Of a stretch of DNA of 64,000 bases, positions 10,878 to 24,567 are shown piece by piece; within the stretch, counting starts at the first letter, position 1, and every line of letters begins with the position of its first letter. The notes below the pieces were generated by a model, which was not told the DNA's origin, searched no databases, and worked only from the letters and a program-made list of their open reading frames with translations. This DNA comes from Azolla caroliniana (taxonomy: Eukaryota > Plantae > Polypodiophyta): assembly GCA_043228905.1 (NCBI GenBank), contig JBHGNT010000006.1:20274001-20338000 (forward strand), given 5' to 3'. The position numbers were made by a program, and so were the translations under genes.

Positions 10878-13800
10878 GAACTAATCCTATCGGTGTTCGC
10901 ATGGTAGTGATGTCTTGGCTCTCCACAACTAGTTGGAATTGGTCATACCCAGAGTATAGGTCTCCGATGGAGTATATCGCGCGACCGACAAACGCTTCTG
11001 CAAATTCGTCCACTATCGGACCGACTCCAGAGTTCCGGATCGTGACCTAGTTCACCGGTTGCAAATCTTGAATAAACCGGAGTGACCCGTTCTTCTTCGC
11101 AACCGTAAACCATCGATTTGAGTACGGAGCGTTTGATAGCTCTAGAATCCCTACCACCACCTTCTCCTTGAGCAAGTCAATGATTTTCGGAATATGCGCC
11201 CGTGGCACCGGAATCGGTTTCAGGTTCCACAACACATGATCAATCGTGAAGATCACCATTGGCTCCACTATCTTCGGATCAACGCACCCTATCTCTCTCG
11301 ATGTGAATGCAAATGCTCTTCCATGCTGCTCCAACATCTCACGAAACCGTTCTTCTTCATTTTGTGAGAGGAAACCACCTCCACCAATTCAAGTTTTTTC
11401 TGGGTCTCATCCGTGAAGGCATGTCCGATATCCACGAACTTCCGAAGTGTCGGATCTCCTGAGACTTCTTTCCTCTTTTGTTCGCTATTAGGGGGTAGCG
11501 GTCCTGTGGCCGGTTTCACTTTCTTTTCCATCGTCTTATATTTCATACATACCATTGCTTCTTCTTTGCGGAGCGCATCCAACCCCATTTTCTCAATGAT
11601 CTTGTACATCTCGACCTATTCCACTGGAACTACCTGGTCTCCTTGGCTATTCTCTTCTGCAAGCTCTTCAAGCCGTTGTAGCGTGCTCCCATAGAACACT
11701 TCTTTGACTACTCCCACAATTTCTTCGTCTTCTTTTATTATTAATGCAGACCGTAACTCATCTTGCACCTTTCAGAATTCTTTCTTCATTACTCCGGTTA
11801 CGGCCGTGTACATAGATGCCCCATCTGTACTGATTCGTACTTGTTTTGCTCTGAGGGTTTTCTTCATGTATGGGGTATCAGGGCTTCTCAGACTATTACT
11901 TCCCCACTCCGCAACAATTTACTTTAAAAATCCATTTTTGTTTGGGACAATAGCTCTCTCTTGTTCCTTTTGTGATTTGATGGCACAATTAGGAATTGGA
12001 CGGTTTCCCCCCCGCTTTGGCTCCGAATTCGTGCAAAAGCCGCTCCTCTATTGAGCACCTTTGTCTCCATCCGTGAAGCTGTGATAAAGGGTTGCCCGAG
12101 GATCACGGAGTGTGAAACCTCATCTTGCACGAAGAAATTTTGGTCAATCTCCACATCTCCCATTTTCACCATCACATCCGGACAAGCCACAAATAAATCT
12201 TCTGTTGCTTTAGTGGCTGCTCAGATCTTCCATTCATGATTAGTGTTAATAGGCCACTTCCCCTTCTGGTAGAACTCATTGGACATCAAATTGATCTCCA
12301 ATCCGTGATCAATCAATGCTAGTATGGGCTCTTTGATGTTTCTGATAAACGGTTGCCCGAGGATCACGGAGTGTGAGACCTCATCTTGCACGAAGAAATT
12401 TTGGTCAATCTCCACATCTCCCATTTTCACCGTCACATCCGGACAAGCCGCAAATAAATCTTCTATTGCTTTAGTGGTTGCCCGGATCTTCCATCCATGA
12501 TTAGTGTTAATAGGCCACTTCCCCTTCCGGTAGAACTCGTTGGACATCAAATTGATCTCCAATCCGTGATCAATCAATGCTAGTACGGGCTCTTTGATGT
12601 TTCCGATAAACAGTTGCCCGAGGATCATGGAGTGTGAGACCTCATCTTGCACGAAGAAATTTTGGTCAATCTCCACATCTCCCATTTTCACCGTCACATC
12701 CGGACAAGCTGCAAATAAATCTTCTATTGCTTTAGTGGTTGCCCGGATCTTCCATCCATGATTAGTGTTAATAGGCCACTTCCCCTTCCGGTAGAACTCG
12801 TTGGACATCAAATTGATCTCCAATCCGTGATCAATCAATGCTAGTACGGGCTCTTTGATGTTTCCGATAAACAGTTGCCCGAGGATCATGGAGTGTGAGA
12901 CCTCATCTTGCACGAAGAAATTTTGGTCAATCTCCACATCTCCCATTTTCACCGTCACATCCGGACAAGCTGCAAATAAATCTTCTATTGCTTTAGTGGT
13001 TGCCCGGATCTTCCATCCATGATTAGTGTTAATAGGCCACTTCCCCTTCCGGTAGAACTCGTTGGACATCAAATTGATCTCCAATCCGTGATCAATCAAT
13101 GCTAGTACGGGCTCTTTGATGTTTTTGATTTGGATTGGAGTCTCCGTAGTTGCGCGTGCCTAGTGTGGCCTTGTGTAGTGGGAGTTCGGAATTTCATCCT
13201 CCACTTCGGTATCATTCATTAGAATGGTATTTGCATTCACCCTTGGAGCATTTTCCTCTGTATTTTGTCTTTTTTTCTTCACGAGATCCACAAGAAGATT
13301 GTGGAACTCCTTTGCTATTTTGAGTAATTCCCGAAGCGAAAAATCTACCTGGCTATCAAGGATTCTCTCCTCGAACACCTTTTTAAAGTCCGTTCGTTGC
13401 TTGGTGTCCGAAGCAAGTTTGAATGCCGGAATTGTTTTTCCTTTCCCCTTCCCTTCGGAGTTCCAGCTCTCCGGTGTCTTTGTTGGTCCGGCCGCATCAT
13501 CCGTGCACCGTAGTTTCTCATCTACATACACCTCATGTAATTGGCATAGGGCGTACACACTATTCTTATCAACAGGGCACTCCCATCCCGTAGCTTCTCG
13601 GATGCCTTCCGCGGTGCTTCGGATCTCATTAGAGTCAGTCTTCTTGGGGACTTCTGGCCAAAAAGACGCCTTTGCTCCAGAGGACTCACCCACACATATC
13701 CCCGTGGTTGTCGCATAATTGCTTTTCACCGTTATTTTCTCTTCTAGGACCTTTTTCATGCCGCCTTTTCAGAAGTTCAGTCGGAGTGGCTTCCGAGAGT

Positions 13801-14247
13801 CCATCGAATGAATCCGATTTCCCTCGTAGTAGATAAGATCTCGTCGTAGCGCCTCCTTGTGCTCATCGCAATCCCTCCGATCATGTTCGGTGCTATGACA
13901 CTATATGCATCGACGGTCCATATACTTGGAACTTGTGGGACGGTCATCCGACTTCTTCACTATCGCGATTTTCAGATTCTCCATCTCCTTCAGCAACTGC
14001 TCCACCGTGGTTGCATCGATTCCCTTCTCGGTCGTAGTCTCCCGAGCCCACGGTTGATGGTTTTCCAATCCGGATCTTGGTTTCAGAATTGGTTTTGAAA
14101 CCGTCTTTTCTTCACTACCAAGCCATTGCCCCCTCTTTGTGTATCACGCGACAATGTCCCACACGTTTTCCCATGTATTGGTGAGGCCACTCTCAGTACT
14201 GGTGTCCTCTAGAAGCATTCCAAGATCTTTCCGGTCCCGGACATCCA
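10878..14247 (-). pseudogene. Gypsy A gag C-terminus, protease (4 tandem copies) and RT N-terminus
   Basis: ORFs 13160-13759, 12221-13099, 11924-12190, 11289-11609 and 11047-11337 align to J gag-PR and pol. Confidence 0.9.
12083..13126. repeat. 4 x 261-bp in-frame tandem array of the protease domain
   Basis: GATAAA unit starts at 12083, 12344, 12605 and 12866; the peptide IDHGLEINLMSNEFY...ILGQ is repeated. Confidence 0.93.
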
Positions 14248-15767
14248 TGTTGCCGGTTGGCAAGAAGGCTTAAGGAGGTCCAAAACAGAGTGTGAAAGGA
14301 ATAGTTTATTCGGGAACTATTGTAATTAGTAGTCTTAAAATATATAGTAATATATGAGAAGATGTGGACGGGCGGACCGGAATCGGTATGCCGATCCGGA
14401 TCCGGATCGATCCCGAAAAGGTGCCGGTTGGCACCGTTTTGTATTTCGCACCGGAGACCTATATAAAGGCCCGGTTACAATGTAATCGAGAGTGGATAAT
14501 TAATAGAACTTATTGCTTTAATCTTTCAGCATTGATTACTGTTCTGTGCTTATTGTATATCTTACGCGTGTTAATGATGTATTCTTAAGTAATCGATTAA
14601 GGTCTAGTTAAGCGGTGTGCCGTAAGTCATTCTGTCGTACCACCCTTTGGTGAAGTGTCGTAAATGGACAACCTGTGTTAGGCTGTTGTCCAGCCCTAGG
14701 AGTAACACAGTTTTTGGCGACCACGATTCCTGCACAATCGCAATGAACAACGACAGGAATGGATGACTAGGCCAACAGACGACCCGGTTACGGAGAGAGC
14801 ACGAAGACTTGCTGAACAGAGAAGGCGGTGAGAGGCTTTCCAGCAAGTAGTGGAAGAAATCCGAATGGATCGATCATTTTCCAAAGTGATCCGGAAAGTG
14901 ACGGAGGAGTTGCTCCGTTTGCAACAAAACGCCTACCGGACGAAGGAAGCAGCTTAAGCAGTCTCCGGGAAGCTGAAACCCTTCTCCAGGCCTTGGCCGG
15001 AAGAGACGGCGAATCCGAAGCATTTTCAGTGCTAGAATCGGATTCGGAAGGGGGTTACAGCGCGCACACGAACTATCGCAACAGTAACGACACCCCAGGA
15101 GGACCGGAGGACGAGGAGTCAGATACATTACCGACACCGGAACTAGAGTTGGCAAACCGGGAACTTCCGGCACTAGACGTGGAGCAACCTCCGGAGACGG
15201 AAAAAGACTAGCAAAAACCTCCAACACCGGAAGTAGAGCCGACAACACCAAGGGAAGACCGACAAAGACCTCCGACGTCGACGAAACAGCAGGAAAGACC
15301 ACCGACACCGCCAACCCGCGTATCGACACCGGACGACGACATGCCGTTCCAGTACTCCAAGTATAGGGATGATCCGGACGCGGAGGCTCATGTTCACACG
15401 TTTCAACAAACATGGGAGGCGAACCATGTGTCACAATGGTTAACCGCGGTAGAAGAGGAGCGATCTAAGATAGCCGAATTCGGCGTGACATTGGAAGGAC
15501 CGGCCGCCAGATGGCACCAGACGCAGGATCACAGCACCATCACCACCTTTGCGGACCTGAAAGATAAATTCTTGAACTTCTTTTAGAAGGAGGTGGACCA
15601 GAGAGAAATGGTGGGCCTATTTTATACCATCCGGCAGGACCCCGGGGAGAGCATTCCGCAGTTCGTCATCCGGTTTCAATGGATGCACAGTCAGCTTACC
15701 CGCACACCTCCGGAGGAAGAAACACGGGCTATATTCTTAGCCGCGCTTCGGGAACCTTTACGAACGG

Positions 15768-16892
15768 TGTCGTGAAGATCCGTCACTATGCACGGATCGT
15801 GAGGCGGAACCGTTGGGGTTTTGGACCGGAAGGATTCAAAGTCGGTACAAGCTTTGGCGCAAGCTTTGGCGAGAAAGTACTTAAGATAGATTGGGAAAGA
15901 GAGAAGTTGAGATTAAACGATTGAGAGAGATTGATTGAACTTTTATCTTTGGATTTAAGAAACAAGTTACACAATCAATTTGATAACGAATTTCTTCTTC
16001 TTAATTTCATAACAAAAAGAAAACGTGTTTTTTCTCCTCCCCCTTCCTTCTTTTATAGATGCTCTCATGCATATGATGCATGTGAGGGTACAAGACATGC
16101 ATAATTTGCATGTTTGCCATCTGGCGCTTATGTATTACATGTGGTGCATGATAACCATGTTACTCATTTTAGCTCTTATGTATGAGAATTTACATGTAAA
16201 AGTACAATGATAGAAATATAATTTCAACTAAATGGCATGGCTTAATGGTAAGCCAATTGACTCCTAACTCGGAGGTGCAAGGTTTGAATCCTTACTTGCC
16301 CTCCTTGTATATGTATATATGTATATATATTTATATATTTATTTATATAGTCGTCGGACGCCGGTTCGTCGAATGCCGTCGGTTACCGGTGCCTCGCCAG
16401 ATGCCGTCGTCTCACCGGTGTCGGATTGCCGCCGGATGTCGTCGCTGGATTGCCGTCGGATGCTGGTGTCTCACTGCCGCCGGATCACCGGCTCCATCGC
16501 CGGTCCGGGTTTGGTTGGCCAAAACCCTTTACGAGTAGCTAGCCCACCTCCACTCTTAGTTCAAGTTACCTTATACTCTCTATGCTCCACACATAGACAC
16601 AAAGATAATATCTTTTGCTCTACCTTATATATGATGAGAGCCATATTTGTCGTGCGTATGTGGGATATCTCACAATTTTCTCTTTTCCTTTCACAAACTT
16701 TATACCCTCATATCTTGACATTTAGTTGTCCGTTTCTCGTGTAATAAAGTGCATTCGAAACCTCCATCATTTTGTACTTAGATATTAAATTGATTTAAAA
16801 TGTTATCTTCACAATTATTGTATTATGTGATTCATACTCGATTTTGTACGTTTTATGGGATTTTCACACTATTGCCGAAAATCTTCACGACA
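15768..16892 (-). mobile_element. Solo LTR D (family of element I)
   Basis: TGTCG...CGACA termini, near-identical to the I LTRs; 4-bp TSD ACGG whose removal restores the host gag frame (RTVCTV). Confidence 0.92.
16231..16302 (+). promoter_or_regulatory. tRNA-like A/B-box cassette in LTR D
   Basis: TGGCTTAATGG at 16238 with D-stem GCTT/AAGC; GGTTTGAATCC at 16281 with T-stem AAGG/CCTT. Confidence 0.65.
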
Positions 16893-19800
16893 ACGGTATG
16901 CACGGTCATCGACTTTCGCACAAGCACCGTCAACCAAGTCATCGATCGGGTTAGAGAAATGGAGAAAACGAGCTCTTGGCTAACAATGGGAGCCCTCCAA
17001 CGAGCATTACCAATCGATGAGGATCTCCGTTTCCGGCAAGCAATCCAATGCACGACCTGCATGAATTCCAGACACTCGTCACTGGAGTGCACCATGCAGA
17101 CGCACTGCTTACTTTGCCAATCTACGAGCCACATGATGGACCGGTGTGAATATAACTTATTGAATCGGCAAGCACCACCAGTCCAGCAAATTGAGCCACG
17201 TAGCAGCCGAGACTAAGAAGATGTACGATGGCGGCGAGAGGAGCGATATCGACCGGCACAAGATGTCCGGTACGACGATCGGCGAGACAATTATGACCGG
17301 TACAAGAGATATGACAAGTACCAAGATTACAATGGGCGGTACGAGCATCACAACTGGGATCACTCCCCCAGGTATCACCAACGACGGGACGATTACGGGA
17401 GATATGACGACCAACCCCGGCAAGGGTACCGCAACAAAAAGAACTTTAATAAAAAACAGCATTTCAAAAACGGGAGCCACCCACGTGAACCGGAAAAAGG
17501 CGCCTCAAGCAGCCAACCGGACTAGAGTCCCGCAGTTACCACAGGTCCTTCACCGGGTACAGGAAACAATATCGAATCTAGCAATACCCGGAAAGCATAT
17601 TGTTATTATTGTTGGCAAGAAGGACATTATAGTAATCAATGTCCGACAAAGAGCTATGATAAGAGATCGACAGTAAACATGGTAGTCGTCGAAGTCGCAG
17701 ACCTACAGCAGGTCACCACAAGGTCGAAGGGCAAGACGACGGAATGGGAGACACAAGAGGCCATCCGGAAACAAGCAACGGAATGGGTGAAAAAGGCAAA
17801 TGAGCGAAACGTAGTAGAACTTGCGGAGCAAAAGGAGAACACCAAAGAGCTCGTCGGTGGCAGTCAGTCCGAAAACGCGACATGGTAGGCATTGCAGGAA
17901 TGCCAGATCACGCTGCCGTTAGGACGACTCTTGCAGCTAGTACCAAGATTCACAGAAGGACTCAAGCCCGGCATGACGACAGGCGGCACACCACTGGCTC
18001 CGGCATTCTTCTCAAATCCGGAGGAAGGACCGGCAGTGGTGGACACCAACAGTCCGGCAATTACGGCCATTGTGAAAGGGAAAGAACTCCCTGGCACAAT
18101 AATAGACGGAGGCTCCGGCGTTAGTGTAATAAGCCTCCGGACGTGCGATGCTCTTGGAATCCAAGAGTGGGAGCCATGTCCGTTCTGGCTCCGAATGGCG
18201 GACACAAGCTCGGTGTTACCGACAGGATTAATACGGGACTTAGAAGTGACCATCGGGGGCCACACATTCCGAATCTCAGCCGTAGTTCTCCAGTTGCAGG
18301 CTCAAGGAGCGTACCCATTATTTTTGGGACGCCCTTGGTTAAAGACGACACACATCAAGCAAAACTGGAGGAGGAATATGATTACGTTCCGGCGGGGAAA
18401 AGCGAAGGTACGGGTACCAACACAACCAATGAAGGGCACCGGCAAGGATCTGACACCGTTATATGCGGAGTGCGTCAATATGCTGGAAGGATTAGCAGAC
18501 GAAGAAGAAGATCAGTACTTGCTGGAGAACCCGAAGATTGTACCCCTATTCGAAATTGACGTCGTCGAAGCAGTATCACCCTACTTACTGCAACTGGATG
18601 GAACCGAAATGGAACCAGATAAAGAAGCAATCCGGGAGTTACGGCAAGCACAGGAGGCGTTGGAAAGGGAAATGGCCGTATCACAGCACGTAAAAGCGTC
18701 TCAATTAGAAGAGGTAAATCTAGGAACGGCGGAGGAGGCAAAACCGGTGCTCATCGCCAAAGAAATGAATGCAGAGAACAAAACGGCGATAATTACACTC
18801 CTCAACGAGTTTCACGACGTATTTGCCTAGTCTTACGAGGATATGAGAGGGCTGGATCATTAGTTGTATCAGCACCAGATACATCTGAGCAAAGACGCCA
18901 AGCCGATAGCACAACGTCGGTACCGGATGAACCCAAACTACGCTGCCAAAGTCAAGGAGGAAATCGACAAATTGCTGAGGGTTGGCTTCATCCGTCCTGT
19001 AAAGAAATCTACATGGCTGAGCCCGATCGTAGTCGTACCGAAGAAGAACAACAAAATTAGAGTTTGTGTCAACTACCGGAAGCTCAATGTGGCAACGGTA
19101 ACGGATGCATTTCCACTTCCGTTTACGGATGGAGTTTTGGATGCCGTCGCAGGCCATGAAGTCTACAGTTTCTTAGACGGATTCAGTGGGTATAATCAGA
19201 TCCGGATGCACCCTGATGATCAAGAGAAAACGGCTTTCGTCACCGAATGGGGAGTGTTTGTTGCCGTGGTGATGATGTTCGGACTTAAAACGGCACCGAC
19301 AACATTCCAACGGATCATCATGGAGATCTTTGGCGAATACATAATGGCTTTTATGCAGGTGTTCCTTGACGACTTCGCCATCTATAGCCGAGAAGAAGAT
19401 CATTTGCAGCACCTTAGACTATGTTTAGAGAAGTGTAGGGCGTACCGGCTAAGCCTGAATCCGGCGAAGTGTGTATTTGGAGTGTCCAACGGAATGCTAC
19501 TAGGGCATATTGTGAGCAAGGAAGGCATTGTTGTAGATCCAGACAAAGTAAAAGCAATCCTGGAGGCACCGGCACCAACAATGGCAAAGGCATTGAGCCG
19601 TCTCTTAGGACAAATCCGTTGGCATAGCCAAATGCTCTGGTATTTGGCGGACCTAGCTACACCACTGCATGTTGCGGTACACCGAACATCGTTCCAGTGG
19701 ACCAACACCGAAGATAAGGTGTACCAGGCACTCAAAGTTCTATTGTCGCAAGCGCCGGTAGTGCAACCCCCGGATTGGGTGAAGGAATTTCATGTGTTCG

Positions 19801-21385
19801 TGGATGCGTCCGACATTGCAATCGGGAGTGCGCTGATGCAACTTACGGAGCCAAGATGGTACCGGCCTGTATATTACGCAAGCCGAAAGTTATCCCAAGC
19901 CGAACGAAATTACTCGACCACGGAAAGGGAAGCTTTGGGCATGATCTACAACGTAACAAAATTCAGGCACTATTTATTGGGGAGAAAATTTTCCTTTCAT
20001 GTAGATCATTCGGCACTCCTCTACCTAGTATCCAAAGCGTCACTTACCGGTAAGTTGGCCCGGTGGACTTTGCTGTTGCAGGAGTTCTAGTTCGAGATAT
20101 TCCACCGACCCGGTATACAGCATGCGGTAGCAGATTATCTAAGCCAATTAGATTCCGGTGAAATGGGTGACAAAGTACCGGACGAGTTTCCAGATGCAAA
20201 GCTTTTTCGAATCACCACGGAAACGGCAACAGATGAAACGGTGGCACAAGAAGATAAGTGGCTAACTAATATGCATCAGTTTCTGAGTACCGGATTGCCT
20301 CCGGAGGAGATGAACCGGGACGAGAGGAAGCGCCTGGTGGTACAAAGCCGTCACTTCTGTTTATTACAAGACACGTTGTACCACAAAGGTGCGGACGGTA
20401 TCTAGAGATGAGCAGTGCGCAGCGACGAGAAGGAGATAATACTACGGGAGGCACACTGCGAAGTCGCCGGAGGTCATTATGCCGGGGATGCGACGGCAAG
20501 GAAGATATGGCAAAGTGGCCTATGGTGGCCGACTACATTGAAAGACGTAGTCCAGTATGCGAAAGAGTGTGATCTATGCCAGCGAATGGGCCAACCAACG
20601 GAACAAGCTAGGATGCCGCATCAGCCAGTACTACCGCTAGAACCATTTCAGAAATGGGGACTGGATTTTGTCGGTCCGTTTAAACCACCGTCAATGAGAA
20701 CTGGCAACCGGTATGTGATCGTCGCGACGGACTACTGCACTAAATGGGTGGAAGCCAAAGCCTTACAAGATAACACCGCGGCGTCGACGGCAAAATTCTT
20801 ATATGAATGCATTTTTTGCCAGTATGGATGCCCCATAGAGCTGATAAGTGACCAAGGAGGGCACTTTCTTGGACAGGTAGTGGAGAGCTTGACGTCATTC
20901 TATGCGGTAGTACATAAACGGAGCACCCCGTACTACCCACAAGCCAACGGATTAGCGGAGTCAACAAACAAAACGCTACAGAATATACTGCACAAGATCA
21001 TCAATGAAAATCGGACAGATTGGGACACGAAGCTGCACAATGCGCTCTGGGCTTACCGAACAACGTACAAAACAAGCATCCGAACAACGCCGTTCCAGTT
21101 AGCATTCGGATTAGAGGCAGTCATGCCGGTCGAATTCCAGGTATCGAGGTTACGGAGGCAATTTGGTTAAAGGCTCTGTGTGAACTAGAAGAACACCGAC
21201 TGGAGAGCATCATGCACCTGGAATTGGAACAACGGCGACAGAAAGCGTTTTTAGATCGGCACCGGAAGGGAAACGAGAAAATGTTCGAAATCGGCAAGCC
21301 GGTACTAGTGTTCCAGACCCGGATGGGTAAAATGTCAAGCAAACTACGGTTTAGATGGACCGAACCGTACTTGATCACACACGAG

Positions 21386-22143
21386 TGTTGGGAGATAGGT
21401 CCCTTCGATGGGAAGGGAGAAGAACAGTGCTGATGAACAAACTCGGCCGAAACCGTATGAGGAGTACCTGGCTACGGAGAGTCGGATGGTGCAGACCCGG
21501 TGAGAACTGGATGAGGAGTACCCGGCTGCGGAGAGCCGGATAGTGCAGACCCGGTGAGAACTAGATGAGGAGTACCCGGCTACGGAGAGCCGGATGATGC
21601 AGACCCGGTGAGGACCGGATGAGGAGTACCCGGCTACGGAGAGCCAGATGATGCAGACCCGGTGAGGAGTGCTCACCGGATGAAGAGACATATTAGTAAA
21701 TATGTTTATGAGAGTCCATCATGGCTATATTTGTAAATAGCCAAAAAGTCATATTAGTATAAATATGACTTAGGGCAAACTTCTAGTTAATGTTTGTTAT
21801 TATTCCTGTTGGTGCAAGGAGAGAGAGAGCGCGGAACTGTGTACAGAGAGAGAGAGAGAGAGAGAGAGAAAGAGGTCGTCGCCTTTGTTGTAACCGCCGC
21901 GTGTGGCGAAGATTGTGAGCACGAGGTCGTTGCCTCCGTGAACTCATTGTTGTACATTCTAGCATAGTGATAGTTTGCAGCCTGTGGGCTGCCGTGGTTT
22001 TTCCCTACTTTGGGCTTTCCACGTAAACATCCTGTGTACTCTTCTCCTCTTTGTGTCGTGCGTTTCATTTCCTGTTTTCTATGTATGATTTTAAGCTCGG
22101 TTGTGGCCGAGCATTGTGCATAAGGAGCGTTGAGTTCCCTTCA
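21386..22143 (+). mobile_element. Copia solo LTR with a 54-bp tandem repeat (about 4 copies, 21456-21668)
   Basis: TGTTGGGA...TTCA; similar to the reverse complement of LTR 830-1498; splits the C integrase C-terminus; TSD partly lost. Confidence 0.82.
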
Positions 22144-24567
22144 AGTTCAATGGATCCTACCAGTTAGGGACACTTGCTGGCGAAGTGCAGGGTAAATGGG
22201 TCAACGGATTTAGACCAAAACCATACAAAGGACCTATGCCCAAGAACCCATTTGAACGAAGGGCCGCCGGCAGGCCAACCACAACGGCAACTTGTGAGGA
22301 AAACGGCTACCACCAAGCCGGTAAGGGGGAGCACGAGTCGGCAATCGGGGAAAGCGTAACGACGGCAAACCGTCAAGAGACCGGCAAGGTGCGCATTTCG
22401 GGTAAGGGTCCGATAGGACCGGAGAAAAATTAACTACACAATTAATTTTTCGAAAAAGAAAAAAAGAAAAAAAGAAAAAAGAAAAGTAAAAATCGAATGG
22501 AATCAAATAAATCATGAAAAGGAGTGGTGGAAATGGCCATGCACACGAGGAGTAAAGAGGCACATCGAAAAGGTACGAGGGGCTATGAATAGGACATTAA
22601 ACCACCGCCACATGGCACGCAATGCTATTATAGTACACGACCTGCACATGCGGAGGCTCGAAAAAGGCGCCAAAAAACCCCACGCATCGAGACCTTATCC
22701 TATCACGAACCAAGGAGCACAGACGCAGACAGACGCGTGAAGATCAATCGCAGAGAGCTCGCTCACAGAGAATGCCCTCCCTCAGAACTTTCTCTCTCAC
22801 ACTCTCCCCACCACCAAACCTCGCCAACGCTCTCCGACCTCGACGCAAAGATGGACTGCCAAACGCTGTCTGAAGCCGCCAAGAAATGGCTACGGCAGCA
22901 TGGACTGGAGGGTTTCTTAACGATCATGGAGACGACGCCACACAAGGAGGTTGAAAAGATTATCAAAGAAATCGACACAGAGGTGATCACGGAGGAGGCG
23001 ATCCGTGCGTTAATAGGCCTTCCGGAGGGAGGCATCTACACAATCGACAATCCTACCTCCGGGCAACTCATCAAATATTTCAGTGAGTACTCTCTCGCCA
23101 GCAAGCGCTACAGGACACAGGGTGGCGAAGATATGCTATTCCGCGAAATTGCCCGTGTGCTCCATGAGTTCGGCCACGTGTACCCTCGACCCCCCGTCAT
23201 GCCTCAGAACCGAGCAAGCTTGATCATCGCAACGTAAGAGGAAAGGACGGCAAGGAAGGCCAGAAAATATGGCATGCGGTGATGCAATGGCTCACCCTAT
23301 TGGCGCCACCGGTCGAGCCTGTCCAAACCAAGAAGCGGGGAAGAGCAATGGACGGCACCCCGAAATCTACTTCGAAACGGCAACAACTGTTGGCATCCAA
23401 GGCCACTAAGGGGAAGACGGTCGACGCAGAGAAGGTGGCAAAGGAGTGCGCCAGCTGGAAGCGGCCGACGGACACACACGAGGAGACACCGGCACGACCC
23501 CTGAAGAGCCCACTCCACCGACCGGTGCAACAAGAAACGGACACCCTGGCGGCAAGAATGAATGCTGGGACTTAGGCGGAGGAAATGGAGGAAGAACCCA
23601 CGGAGCACCTCCAGCAGCGGCCGGTGAAGAGCACCGCTGAATCAGCCGGGAAGCGTTCAAACCTACAGAAGGATGGAACGCCCGCAACTCACACTGAGCA
23701 TCCCACGCCAAGGGAGGCACCGGAACCGGTTCGGATGGAACCGATCACAGAAGTCCTTGCGCAACAGGCAGCACCGGCAAGCCCCGTATCTCAAGAGCCG
23801 GATATACAAAGGCCAACCTTCCCAGCCGGCCAAGAACAAGCAGACAAGGGGCGGCTAGCCGAAACACACTTAGAGCCGGAACGGCAAAGTGGTCAGCTGG
23901 TAGAACCAGAAGTGCAACTCGACGCAGTAAGGCGAGACCGGCCACCGACGAGTGAACCCATCAGCCAAAACCCTCTGTGCAAGCACAACAACAATGCACC
24001 GGTAGCCAATGGCTCCGGTGGATAGGAGAACAAATTGCCGGAGTAGTCAGATGTATAGAGGCGGAGGAAAGAGCACAAACGGAACGGTTGCTCGTCACAA
24101 CCGATGAACTGGAGACGGCCCAGTCAAGGATCCGGTGCCTCGAACAAGACTTGGATCGGATTACCGAAGACTTGGCCAAAATGGCCTTAACCGCAACGCA
24201 GATCCAAGCACCGGTGACTCTGGTTGATGTACAGAGGAATAAGACCCCGGAGACACAAACTGTCCCGGAGAAAGATGTGGCGCAAGCCCAAGAGCTTGCG
24301 GAATTACAAGATGAACTTGCTGCACAAGAAGCATTACGGAGCCGCAAACGCGACTTGAAGAAGGCGGCCGAAGTAGAATTAAAAAAGACAGTTGAGAACC
24401 TCCGCCGAACAGAGGAAAACCTACGTAAAGGATATCATGCTTACGGCCGGCTGAAGGAGGAAAAAGAGAAACTGTTGCAAGAAAAAGACAAGTTGCGACG
24501 GATGGCGGAGACGGAAATCGAGAGGCTGAAGGAGGAACTCCATCAACAGAAGGACCGAGAGGACGGC

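Larger units (their letters stand above)
14744..22360 (+). pseudogene. Gypsy C gag-pol, interrupted by two solo LTRs
   Basis: Gag 14828-15775 and 16897-17650 with zinc knuckles; protease IIDGGSG (17892-18830); RT/RNase H 18864-20090; integrase 20415-21385, resuming FNGSYQL at about 22146. Start coordinate approximate. Confidence 0.9.

Noticed and set aside
16231-16302. Functional tRNA gene (apparent CCT anticodon loop)
   Set aside because: The anticodon stem does not pair and the acceptor stem is weak; kept only as a tRNA-like promoter cassette.
16025-16744. Hydrophobic ORFs repeated in LTRs (also 48991-49362, 62806-63643, 55902-56210)
   Set aside because: They recur only because the LTRs are repeats; low-complexity AT-rich translation.
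21456-21668. CRISPR-like array (also 1304-1395)
   Set aside because: The units are contiguous tandem repeats with no unique spacers, no cas genes, and lie inside eukaryotic LTRs.
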